From positions 1 to 64,000 of IMG/VR virus record IMGVR_UViG_3300027719_000003: a stretch of DNA of 64,000 nt; one strand, given 5' to 3'. Under the pieces are notes generated by a model. The model searched no databases, was not told where the DNA came from, and saw only the letters and a list, made by a program, of their open reading frames with translations. The stretch comes from a virus. This document shows positions 17,475-26,542 of this stretch, in pieces. The translations under genes were made by a program, and so were the position numbers. Numbering within the stretch: the stretch's first letter is position 1; every line of letters begins with the position of its first letter.

Positions 17475-18875
17475 GTGGACGATCTATTCCCCGATAATAA
17501 TACAAAGACAGATTCTACCGGAATCATCCCCATAAAGAGCAGAGTGCCGCGTGGGGATGGATGGGGAAACGTCTTTACCGGATTGGGCGGCAAAAACGAT
17601 AAGTCAATTTATACGAAGTTTGGTACATCGTATATGATTGATGACGATACACTATCCAATATCTATACAGGTGATGGTTTGGGTGGCCGCATTGTTGATG
17701 TAGTAGCTGATGATATGACCCGCGAGTGGGTATATCTTGGTGAAGATGAGGATGCAAGTGCTCTCAAGGTCATGGAAGAGCTTCAACGGCTCAATGCCGA
17801 AGAGACCTTTAACTTGGGTATTAAGTGGCAACGTCTTCTTGGTGGAGCTTTGATTATTGTTGGGGCTATGGATGGGCAGTCCCCAGAGAAGCCACTTAAA
17901 CTGGACAAAATCAAAACTATTGAATACCTCAAAGTGGTGGATAAGACCTGTATCCCCATAACAGAGTGTATCTTTGACACAGACCCCCGCTCTGCTACCT
18001 TTGGACAGGTACAAATATATAAGATAAACTACTATGTGGGAACGCAGGTTGTTCCCATGTATGTTCATGCCTCCCGAGTCATACCACTACACAACGATAC
18101 AGTGCCAACACGCATAAATGGTTTGGTGGACGCTTCTACCCGTTATTGGGGTATGAGTTCTCTACAGCGTGTATATGATAGTTTGAAGGATCTGGGCGGC
18201 ATAACACAATCCACGGTGAATATCCTTATGGAGTTCATCATTGGCAAGTTCAAGATCAGCCACTTGGCAGAAATGCTTGCATCCGGTCAGGAACAGAAGG
18301 TTGTTCAGCGGCTGGAAATAATGAATCGTTCCAAGAGTGTCATAAACGCTGTATTGCTTGGCGATGATGAAGAGTACACAAGGGACTATGCTACCTTAGC
18401 GGGACTACCAGAAGTTATAGACAGGTTCATGCTTCAGCTTTCTGGTTCTACAGGTATTCCAGTTACACGATTGTTTGGACGTTCTCCTGCTGGCCTTAAT
18501 GCTACGGGGGAAAGTGATCTCCGTAACTACTACGATTTGATTGAGGCCAATCAGCGAAATAAACTGCTTCCGGCAGTGCGGCGTTTGGTATCCTTTGTTT
18601 GTAGTTACTCAGGTATTGCCAAGGCTCCTGATGTCAAGTTCAATTCGCTATATCAGTTGTCAGAGGAAGAGAAGGCTAATGTCGCCAAGACGTATGCCGA
18701 GACAGAAAAGATCACCGCTGAAACTGAAAAGATATATACTGATATGGGGGCCAGAGACCCGGCTGATATAAGCTCGGAGTATGGTTGGGAACCCGTGGAT
18801 GCAGAAAACTTTCAAGACCCAGAAGCCGATCCCAATATAGAGGACATTCCAGATGACACCAACAAGCAAAAATGA
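17475..18875 (+). CDS. portal protein (DUF1073-like)
   Basis: DGWGNVFTGLGG, GIPVTRLFGRSPAGLNATGESDLRNYYD motifs; synteny. Confidence 0.92.
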   Translation: MDDLFPDNNTKTDSTGIIPIKSRVPRGDGWGNVFTGLGGKNDKSIYTKFGTSYMIDDDTLSNIYTGDGLGGRIVDVVADDMTREWVYLGEDEDASALKVMEELQRLNAEETFNLGIKWQRLLGGALIIVGAMDGQSPEKPLKLDKIKTIEYLKVVDKTCIPITECIFDTDPRSATFGQVQIYKINYYVGTQVVPMYVHASRVIPLHNDTVPTRINGLVDASTRYWGMSSLQRVYDSLKDLGGITQSTVNILMEFIIGKFKISHLAEMLASGQEQKVVQRLEIMNRSKSVINAVLLGDDEEYTRDYATLAGLPEVIDRFMLQLSGSTGIPVTRLFGRSPAGLNATGESDLRNYYDLIEANQRNKLLPAVRRLVSFVCSYSGIAKAPDVKFNSLYQLSEEEKANVAKTYAETEKITAETEKIYTDMGARDPADISSEYGWEPVDAENFQDPEADPNIEDIPDDTNKQK

Positions 18876-19827
18876 ATTTCAGATACTCTTTAAGTATCGT
18901 TGGAACACTTTGACAAAGCGCCAACAAGAGATGCTATTGAAAAAGAAGCCAAAGCGTCGTTATTATCCTATCGCCATAGAGCATTCTTATGCGGAAAGTA
19001 TATCGGCTTCTATGAAGATAGTGACAGCCTCAGTGCTGGGCAGGCTTGAGGGAAAGTTGGCAACATGGATGAAGATGAATGACCGTGGTGTCAGAGTAGA
19101 TAGCCCCGATGATGAACTTGAAGCCATTCTAAAAGAAGTTGAAGAAGAGATAGCCGCTATGTTTACAACAGGGGCATCACTAGGCGCTGTGTTCGATTAT
19201 GTCGAATCAGTTGCTAATCGTATCTTTGGTTTTGAAGAGATACAGTGGCAGTCACAGATAGAAGTTGTGTTGGGTATCCCATTGAAAACTGGTGCTCCGT
19301 GGTGGCCAGAGACGCAGAAACTATGGGTAAACGAAAATCACCGGCTGATTAAGAGTCTATCACAAGAATATATTACGAAGCTCAATACACTATTGACTAC
19401 AGGCTTTCAGTCAGGATGGTCATACGAAGAAATGGTTGGGGCTATTCAAAAGTTATCAGACAAGATTACTGGTTATCGCGCACGACTCATAGCGCGTGAT
19501 CAGGTTGGTAAGCTCCAGTATGCAATAACTAGGAACCAATTTGAGTCAATAGGTATGGATGGATATATCTGGTTGACTGCTCGTGATGAGCGTGTGCGTG
19601 GAAATCCAAATGGAAGATACCCAAAGGCGATTCCTTCACATTGGATTATGGATGACAAGGTATGCAAGTTCAGTGATCCCCATGTGTTTTCCGAGACTGG
19701 TGACGAATGGTTGCCTCGATATGCGACAATGCCAGACGTACATCCGGGACAAGCCATTATGTGCAGGTGCACAAGCACTCCATACTGGCTTCCGGTTCTT
19801 AGAGAAGCAATAGGGTCAAAGATATAG
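18853..19827 (+). CDS. head morphogenesis protein (Mu gpF / SPP1 gp7 family)
   Basis: RARLIARDQ...YIWLTARDERVR...HPGQAIMCRC. Confidence 0.9.
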   Translation: MTPTSKNEFQILFKYRWNTLTKRQQEMLLKKKPKRRYYPIAIEHSYAESISASMKIVTASVLGRLEGKLATWMKMNDRGVRVDSPDDELEAILKEVEEEIAAMFTTGASLGAVFDYVESVANRIFGFEEIQWQSQIEVVLGIPLKTGAPWWPETQKLWVNENHRLIKSLSQEYITKLNTLLTTGFQSGWSYEEMVGAIQKLSDKITGYRARLIARDQVGKLQYAITRNQFESIGMDGYIWLTARDERVRGNPNGRYPKAIPSHWIMDDKVCKFSDPHVFSETGDEWLPRYATMPDVHPGQAIMCRCTSTPYWLPVLREAIGSKI

Positions 19828-19836
19828 GAGGATACG

Positions 19837-20004
19837 ATGCGATGTACGCCGGAACTGCTAAACCGTATTCAAGAAGCCGTTGAAGGCATTGAGTATGGTA
19901 CAGTGAGAATTACAGTTAATGATAAAGGCACCTATACGGAGATTAGTGTAGAAAAGAAAGACCGCATATTCAAGGTCTCCACTGCACCATATCACGAAGG
20001 ATAA
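19837..20004 (+). CDS. small protein (DUF2292/YezD-like)
   Basis: AGGAGG RBS; IEYGTVRITVND...EISVEKK pattern. Confidence 0.6.
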   Translation: MRCTPELLNRIQEAVEGIEYGTVRITVNDKGTYTEISVEKKDRIFKVSTAPYHEG

Positions 20005-20085
20005 ACAATTTGAGGCATTTGTTTAGTTTTTGTGCTATAGGCGAAAATAGTCTATATGCAAATCTGAATATATAGGAGGTGCTAT

Positions 20086-20148
20086 ATGTCTTGTGGTACG
20101 GGGAAGAAAAAGCCCAAACCCGATAGCCCAAAGCCTAAGAAGAAGTAG
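20086..20148 (+). CDS. 20-aa Lys/Pro-rich micropeptide
   Basis: AGGAGGT RBS; MSCGTGKKKPKPDSPKPKKK. Confidence 0.45.
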   Translation: MSCGTGKKKPKPDSPKPKKK

Positions 20149-20155
20149 GTGAAGT

Positions 20156-21385
20156 ATGGCAAACAGATTTGATACGATTTTGGCACCTGACTGGATGTAT
20201 ACAAAGTTTGAGAAAACACCAGAGGGGTTCCTGAAGGGTAGAGCAGTCATCTGTAGTACGGGTATTTATGAATACCGCAGAGCTGACGGCTCCATTGTGA
20301 AGGAGCTAAGGCTACCTGAAGAGGTATTTGCCCCTGCCTTCCTTGAATCACTTAAACTCAAACCAGTTACGCTTGGTCATCCTGATGAGATGGTTACAGT
20401 AGATAATGTCCAAAAGTACCAGAAGGGTACACTAGGCGACAATCCTTCCAGTCCAAGTGGTACAGAGGGTAAACCCAACATGGTTGGTGGACAAGCTGGG
20501 TACCAGTTTTATAACACCGATATGTACCACGTGTCTATCGATATGATAATTCACGATGCCGACACCATTCGCGCTATTGAAGATGGCACGGATGAGTTGA
20601 GTGTGGGATATAGTTGTGATCTTGAACCGGCTACCCCCGGTGCTAGATTTTTGGGTCAGACCTATGATTACATTCAACGGCATCTTATCGCTAATCATGT
20701 TGCTGTGGTGGATACAGCTAGGGCCGGAGATGCCGCTAGAATACGTTTGGATTCCGACGATGCTATACTGGTAGATGCCAGCGAGCACGTTGAGGTTAAT
20801 ACAGGAGGAAACAATATGCCCGATCTGAAGATGTTCAAGATCGACGGAGTAGAATACTCTGCTGAGGCTAGGGTGCTGGAAGAGCTTCATACCGTTACGG
20901 TTAAGGCTGATGGGCTCAAAACGAGTCTTGATGCGCTGACTACGGAGAAGACTCAGCTCGAAGCAAAGTGTGATTCAGAGAAGGATCGTGCTGACATCGC
21001 TGAAGCGAAGGTCAAGGAGCTTGAGGCCAAGAAGATAGATCAGGCCGTGATTGATGTCGCCGTAGCGCGTAAGCTCCGTATTCTTGACGCGGCACGAGTG
21101 GCTGAGGTCGAGGTTACGGATGGCATGGCCGAGGTCGATATTCAGAAGGCCGTCATTACGAAGGTATTCCCCAAGGCAATCCTTGATGGCAAGGACAGTG
21201 TATACGTGGATGCCCGTTTTGATGGAGCGATCGAGACACTTGTCACTGTAGCCGAAATTACAGCGGATGCGTCTGTTCGCAATCTGAATGGTCATGTGGA
21301 TAGTGTTGAATTGGTGGATGCGTCTAAGGCTCGTGAAAAGTACATTGAGAGGCTTCAGCACGCTCACAACGTCTCTAAAGAATAA
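20156..21385 (+). CDS. prohead protease/scaffold (DUF2213-like)
   Basis: TPEGFL...ELSVGY...NHVAVVDTARAG; coiled-coil C-terminus. Confidence 0.88.
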   Translation: MANRFDTILAPDWMYTKFEKTPEGFLKGRAVICSTGIYEYRRADGSIVKELRLPEEVFAPAFLESLKLKPVTLGHPDEMVTVDNVQKYQKGTLGDNPSSPSGTEGKPNMVGGQAGYQFYNTDMYHVSIDMIIHDADTIRAIEDGTDELSVGYSCDLEPATPGARFLGQTYDYIQRHLIANHVAVVDTARAGDAARIRLDSDDAILVDASEHVEVNTGGNNMPDLKMFKIDGVEYSAEARVLEELHTVTVKADGLKTSLDALTTEKTQLEAKCDSEKDRADIAEAKVKELEAKKIDQAVIDVAVARKLRILDAARVAEVEVTDGMAEVDIQKAVITKVFPKAILDGKDSVYVDARFDGAIETLVTVAEITADASVRNLNGHVDSVELVDASKAREKYIERLQHAHNVSKE

Positions 21386-21396
21386 GGAGGAATAGC

Positions 21397-21843
21397 ATGG
21401 GTGCTTATGGAACTATGGATGTCGCTATTCTCGGTCTGCCCTATGGTCTGGACTTTGAAGTTGAGAGCTTCCCTGCCGCCGCCGCGATAACGGCTGGTCG
21501 GCCTGTATATCAGACTCCGGGTACTCCGGGTTCGGTTCACCCGACGTATGCGTCTGGTGATGTGTTTATCGGTATTGCGTTGTTTGATCAGCGGGCCTCT
21601 GTTGATACTGTAGGAACTTACGATCAGTATGATGTCGTGAATGTTCTTACTGAGGGGCAGATTTGGGTGCAGGCTTCTGCGGCGGTTTCGACTGCTCCGG
21701 TTGCCGCGTATGCTACGTCTGGCGGTCTTTTTTCGCCGACTGCTTCTGGTAACTACAACGGTGGTTGTATGTTCCGTGGTAATCAGGCGACGGTCTCTGG
21801 TCTCGTGCTTGTTGAAGTCAACGGCCCGAAGCTGGTTGCGTAA
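21397..21843 (+). CDS. head decoration/cement protein
   Basis: Position before major capsid gene; VNVLTEGQIWV motif. Confidence 0.7.
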   Translation: MGAYGTMDVAILGLPYGLDFEVESFPAAAAITAGRPVYQTPGTPGSVHPTYASGDVFIGIALFDQRASVDTVGTYDQYDVVNVLTEGQIWVQASAAVSTAPVAAYATSGGLFSPTASGNYNGGCMFRGNQATVSGLVLVEVNGPKLVA

Positions 21844-21862
21844 GTTGAAGGAGGAATAGAAT

Positions 21863-22795
21863 ATGGCTACTAAGTACGACGCTTTCAACATCGACGCCAA
21901 CGAGTCGGCTTTCTTCAAGCGTGAGCTTGAGGTGGTTAAGTCTAAGACGTTTGATGTTAAGTATAAGCCTAACATGGCTTTCAGTCTCTTTCCTGTTTCC
22001 AGCGAGGCCAGTCCAGCCGCTGAGGTTATTACTTGGCGGCAGTTTTCCCGCGTTGGTATGGCCAAGATGGTTGCTGACTATGCTACGGACTTCCCCCGTG
22101 TGGACATCTATGGGGTAGAGTATTCGGTTAAGCCCAAGGACATTGGTTCTTCGTATGGTTACTCCATAGCGGAGATTCGCCGTGCGGCTATGGCTGGTCT
22201 GCCCCTTGAAACCCGCAGAGCTGAAGCGGCTCGCAGGGCGATTGAGGACAAGCTGAACAGTATTGCCTTTAGTGGTGATTCGGCTACCAACCTGAAGGGC
22301 TTCATTAACTACTCTGGTATTACAGAGTACACTGTTGCTTCCGGAGGCACAGGTGGCACCAAAACTTGGAGCACCAAGTCTGCGGATCAGATTCTGGATG
22401 ACATGAATGGCATCGTCCACGCTGTAGTGTCAGCGACGAATGGCATTGAACAACCTGATGTGATGTTGCTTCCGCTGGAGCAGTACAATCTGATTTCTAC
22501 CAAGCGCCTCGGCACTGATTCGGATACCACTGTTCTGGAATACTTCCTCAAGACCAACCGCTATATCAAGCGGGTGGAGTGGGTTACGGAATTGGCGGAT
22601 GCTGGTGATAGCACGACAGATAGAATGATGGTGTACGTGAACGACTCCAATCATCTCAATCTTGAAGTGCCCCTTATGTTTGAGCAGTACGATGCCGATA
22701 AGTCGGGCCTTAGCTACTCAATCCCGTGCATGGCGAGAACCGCAGGTATAATAATTTTCTACCCGGCCAGCGTTTCTTATGCGGATGGAATCTGA
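21863..22795 (+). CDS. major capsid protein (DUF2184-like, HK97 fold)
   Basis: Size, synteny, SYGYSIAEIRRA...AFSGD..LKGFIN motifs. Confidence 0.9.
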   Translation: MATKYDAFNIDANESAFFKRELEVVKSKTFDVKYKPNMAFSLFPVSSEASPAAEVITWRQFSRVGMAKMVADYATDFPRVDIYGVEYSVKPKDIGSSYGYSIAEIRRAAMAGLPLETRRAEAARRAIEDKLNSIAFSGDSATNLKGFINYSGITEYTVASGGTGGTKTWSTKSADQILDDMNGIVHAVVSATNGIEQPDVMLLPLEQYNLISTKRLGTDSDTTVLEYFLKTNRYIKRVEWVTELADAGDSTTDRMMVYVNDSNHLNLEVPLMFEQYDADKSGLSYSIPCMARTAGIIIFYPASVSYADGI

Positions 22796-22827
22796 GTAAT
22801 TCCTTTTAGTATAAGGAATTAGATGTG

Positions 22828-22866
22828 GTTGGGTCAGCACAAAAACTGACCCAACTTTACTTCTTT
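22828..22866 (+). terminator. terminator after major capsid gene
   Basis: GTTGGGTCAG/CTGACCCAAC stem plus T-rich tail. Confidence 0.65.
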
Positions 22867-22900
22867 ACAGAACAGTTAGTGGATATACCACAAGGAGAAC

Positions 22901-23356
22901 ATGATGATAGTAAACTGGGCAAAAAATAACATGAAAGTTATTCCCGCGCACGCACCTACGGCACTTGATCCTAGTGCGAATTCGCGTTTCTGTACGCTGG
23001 CTCCCGGCTATAATGAAATAGCTGATGAGTTGTGGCATGATGCCCGCATGTTTGTTGCCGATGACATAGCCTCCGGCAAGATCGTTGAGGAGTGGGTGAA
23101 GGCCCCCCGGCCCGAGAAGCCAGAAGACCTTCCGCTGATATGGTGTGAGCTTGAGGATGGTCGTGAATCCAAGTCGATTCGTATACCGGCAAAGCTCCTC
23201 GATATAGCTCGCCCCGGTGTAATCAAGCGCGTCGTAGAAGGAACCTTCCATCCGGCTACGCTGGCCAAGTGGGCTGATGAAGAGAGTCGCCCCGATGTAC
23301 AGGCCGCGCTTCAGAAACAGATCAAGGCTGTTGATGCCGGTGAGATTGTAGGATAA
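22901..23356 (+). CDS. hypothetical head-associated protein
   Basis: AAGGAG RBS; synteny. Confidence 0.7.
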   Translation: MMIVNWAKNNMKVIPAHAPTALDPSANSRFCTLAPGYNEIADELWHDARMFVADDIASGKIVEEWVKAPRPEKPEDLPLIWCELEDGRESKSIRIPAKLLDIARPGVIKRVVEGTFHPATLAKWADEESRPDVQAALQKQIKAVDAGEIVG

Positions 23357-23369
23357 GTAGGAGAGTGCC

Positions 23370-23735
23370 ATGACACCGGAAGAGTACATCGAGCTAGTCT
23401 GCCCTGCACTGTATACCAGCACAGTAATGTCAGGTTACATTACGATAGCGTCTGGCTTGACCTCTCCCGCGTTTTTTGGCGATCAATGGGGGCTTGCGAC
23501 TGCGTTGCTTGCCTCCCATGAATACTTCCTTAGTATATCGCGTGGTGGTCAAGCTGGAGTTGAAACCTATAAGATGGAGGGGCGTTTGGCGCTGTCTACG
23601 GGCGGTGTGGGCGTTCTTCGTGACCCGCTTGACCTAACCAACTACGGTATGCGATATAAGGCACTAAGGCAAAGTAGGATGGCAGGAGTATCCATTACGG
23701 ACTCCGCTATTGTGCAAGCCTTTTTAGGGGGCTAA
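23370..23735 (+). CDS. head-tail adaptor (DUF4054-like)
   Basis: LLASH...LDLTNYGMRYKAL; synteny. Confidence 0.75.
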   Translation: MTPEEYIELVCPALYTSTVMSGYITIASGLTSPAFFGDQWGLATALLASHEYFLSISRGGQAGVETYKMEGRLALSTGGVGVLRDPLDLTNYGMRYKALRQSRMAGVSITDSAIVQAFLGG

Positions 23736-23738
23736 CCT

Positions 23739-24077
23739 ATGGTGTTTAATGAGTTTCAGGAAACACTACAGGTATGGCGACGGATGCCGCCCTCTGGTCT
23801 GTATGATGATGCAGTATGGACATTACATGCGACGATAAGCGGTAGAATAGAGCCAATGTCTGTTAAGGATTCTTTCTTGAACGATCAGACATTGGCGAAT
23901 GCAACGGATATAGCTTTGATCCCCTATGAGTATCGAGATTCAGTACAGACAGGGGATGGTATTATAGATACAGACGGAATACAGCGGAAGATCATCGGAC
24001 AGCCTGAACGGTGGAAGTGGATGATTCCTCATGTTGTGTGTACGCTAGAGCGGGCACAGTGGGATTTGGGGGGCTAA
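23739..24077 (+). CDS. head closure / head-tail joining protein
   Basis: Synteny, beta-rich ~110 aa. Confidence 0.6.
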   Translation: MVFNEFQETLQVWRRMPPSGLYDDAVWTLHATISGRIEPMSVKDSFLNDQTLANATDIALIPYEYRDSVQTGDGIIDTDGIQRKIIGQPERWKWMIPHVVCTLERAQWDLGG

Positions 24078-24078
24078 G

Positions 24079-24681
24079 ATGGCTTCGTACACACATAAGG
24101 TTGGGAGTGCCGTAAAGTTCACTGGTGCTTTGGCTAAGGCGAACTTTGAACGTGAACAGTCTATTGTTATGCTCGGTATGCTTCAGCGGGCGGGTGTAGA
24201 AATTTCGGCGCTCATGCGAAAAGAAACCGAGCCGTATGATTTTGAGAAAACACTATCACAGTCCATTACATGGCGTACTTCCAAAAATAGTGGCAAGATT
24301 TCCAATCCAGAACACATGATAGATGCCCCCTCTGCCAATAATGCAGTGGATGTAGGTAGTCATGCTCCCCATGCGTGGTATCGTGAATATGGTGCTGGTA
24401 CCCATATAAGTAAAGAGGGTTCTGAAGCGTTTCTTGCCAATATGCGTGCGTGGGTACAGGAGAAGATTGGGATAAACCCGGATGGCTCTGATGAAGAGCG
24501 TGGCATATTCTGGGCAATCGTAAAGAGCATACGTAATGGCCCCGATGCACAGAGAAGTGAGCAGGGTAAGAAACCGTTTGTAGCTCCTGTTGAGCCGGAG
24601 ATACCGGGGATTGCTTCTCAGATATCACAAGATGCTCTAACACAGATGTGGGCGAAACTGGAAAGGAAGTACAAGCCATGA
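24079..24681 (+). CDS. neck protein (HK97 gp10-like)
   Basis: LSQSI...VGSHAPHAWYREYGAG...KPFVAP. Confidence 0.7.
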   Translation: MASYTHKVGSAVKFTGALAKANFEREQSIVMLGMLQRAGVEISALMRKETEPYDFEKTLSQSITWRTSKNSGKISNPEHMIDAPSANNAVDVGSHAPHAWYREYGAGTHISKEGSEAFLANMRAWVQEKIGINPDGSDEERGIFWAIVKSIRNGPDAQRSEQGKKPFVAPVEPEIPGIASQISQDALTQMWAKLERKYKP

Positions 24682-25097
24682 TACTACAAGATTTGTACGT
24701 GTACTTCAAAACAGACGCTACACTATCTGGCCTTCTCGGCAGTTCTGATTCGATCTATAGGATACAGGTTCCAACGATAACTGGCACTCCAAAGATGCCG
24801 TGGGTACTGATGGAAGTTACTAGCGGTTCTCGTACGAAAATCTCACAGACGAAAATGGAAGAGATAGCGTACGCGAGGATATCGGTGGATGCTGGCCCTA
24901 CGCAGATAAACAAAGGTCAGCAGATAATAGAACGGTGTCAAGTAATGCTAGAGAATCTTCGGGGGGTAATTACTACGGCTACGGATGTGCATGTAGTGGT
25001 TGGGGCTATACGAGGGTGGGCTGGTTTTAACGAGGCTTATAGGTATCAGTTTGATGCCACAATACGTTTTACAGAGGATTACACTCAACCTAGTTGA
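24678..25097 (+). CDS. tail terminator protein
   Basis: ATGA overlap; synteny before tail tube. Confidence 0.65.
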   Translation: MILQDLYVYFKTDATLSGLLGSSDSIYRIQVPTITGTPKMPWVLMEVTSGSRTKISQTKMEEIAYARISVDAGPTQINKGQQIIERCQVMLENLRGVITTATDVHVVVGAIRGWAGFNEAYRYQFDATIRFTEDYTQPS

Positions 25098-25113
25098 GTA
25101 ACAGGAGGACTAT

Positions 25114-25767
25114 ATGGCCGAAAGCGCTTTGAACCGTCTCATTGGGGCGGACGCATCTCTTTACAAGATGACGTTCGGTACCCCCCTAGCCACTGGTACA
25201 ATGACAAGTGGTTCGTGGTACATGATCGCATCAATTTCTGGAACTGCTACGTTCCCGTCTGGATATGTAGTTGGTGATCTATTCTTGGGTAAGGGTCAGA
25301 CACTTAATGCTGGCAATACCGCTTCGCTTGCTACTTCAACGATAGTGTCTGACTGTAGCTCATTCTCGATGGAATTCTCTCGTGATGAGATTGATGTCAC
25401 GGTTCTCGCCGATGACATCAAGAAGTATCGTCCCGGTAAGACTGACCTTTCCGGCACGGTTGAGGGTATCAACTTCATTTCTGAAATGAATAAGGATGGC
25501 TCGATTCTTAGTCGCTTTATGAAGTCTGTTTCTGCTACCGCCGATAACACTTCTACGCTTCGTGAGGTGGATGCTTCAGCGCTGTATGGTCAGTTCTTCA
25601 TTCAGGACAACACGACTGCCTCTGGTGAGACAAGCGCTTTCCTGTTCGGCCAGATTGAGCTTTATGGCTACAACCTTGGTGCGTCGGTTGGCGATGCACA
25701 GTCGTGGTCTTCAAATGTTCGATTCATAAACAACGACCCTGTGATGTATTTCAAGGCTAACAGCTAA
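25114..25767 (+). CDS. major tail tube protein
   Basis: FSMEFSRDEIDVTVL...KKYRPGKTDLSGTVEG tube motif. Confidence 0.78.
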   Translation: MAESALNRLIGADASLYKMTFGTPLATGTMTSGSWYMIASISGTATFPSGYVVGDLFLGKGQTLNAGNTASLATSTIVSDCSSFSMEFSRDEIDVTVLADDIKKYRPGKTDLSGTVEGINFISEMNKDGSILSRFMKSVSATADNTSTLREVDASALYGQFFIQDNTTASGETSAFLFGQIELYGYNLGASVGDAQSWSSNVRFINNDPVMYFKANS

Positions 25768-25801
25768 CAACCTTTCATATCCATAAGGAGGATATACCCC
25801 T

Positions 25802-26176
25802 ATGATTATTTCAGTTTCAACCAAGCGTGAGTTTACCCCCGAATTCAACGGTAACCGTAAACTTCCTGCCAATGAGCAGATGAAAATTACTCACCGTGCC
25901 CCCACCGTAGCCATCAAGGAAAAGCTCTTCCCGAGGAAGTTCGAGTTCGATGGCAAGGGTGAGGTTTCTGGTTCTTTTGAGGTTGACCGCAAGAAGATCA
26001 TCGGCGAGCTTACCATCGATCTCATCAATATCGAATATGAGAGTGATGATGAGAAGAAAAAGGTTACTACGGTCACGCAGTTGTTTGGTGCGCCGGTAGA
26101 GTTTGATCCTCTTATTGAGGAATTGTACAACTACTACAACAGCATACTGAACGCAAGGCCGAATGAAAAAAACTAA
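25802..26176 (+). CDS. tail assembly chaperone (gpG-like)
   Basis: Ends in slippery A AAA AAC TAA; lies between tube and tape measure genes. Confidence 0.78.
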   Translation: MIISVSTKREFTPEFNGNRKLPANEQMKITHRAPTVAIKEKLFPRKFEFDGKGEVSGSFEVDRKKIIGELTIDLINIEYESDDEKKKVTTVTQLFGAPVEFDPLIEELYNYYNSILNARPNEKN

Positions 26177-26535
26177 GAATAGCCTACCGTCTCTTCCACG
26201 ACGGTAGGCACAAGGACGTGTACCGCAAAGAGAAGGGACACGTCCTTGTTCTAGCTAAAGAGATCAACGGTGAAGATGTCCTTGTGACTCGTGATGAGGT
26301 GCAAGGATATGTAGCCGATAAAGAGTTCCTGTACTTCCTCTCCATCTACCAATATACGAAGCTGTGGGGGATGCCTAACGGCAATGGATGGGCGAATGAG
26401 CCTACGGATGTATTGGACGGACTGACGGCATTGGAACTGGAAGCCAAGTCTATAGAACATGAACAGATGGAGAAAAGCAGGAACAAGGGTGGGGCTAGTG
26501 GAAAGTCGCTAAACACTCGGTCACAGCAGATTTAG
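26170..26535 (+). CDS. -1 frameshift extension of tail chaperone (gpGT-like)
   Basis: The -1 frame is open from the slip site through the 26218-26535 ORF. Confidence 0.75.
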   Translation, partial: KLRIAYRLFHDGRHKDVYRKEKGHVLVLAKEINGEDVLVTRDEVQGYVADKEFLYFLSIYQYTKLWGMPNGNGWANEPTDVLDGLTALELEAKSIEHEQMEKSRNKGGASGKSLNTRSQQI

Positions 26536-26542
26536 GAGGCCC

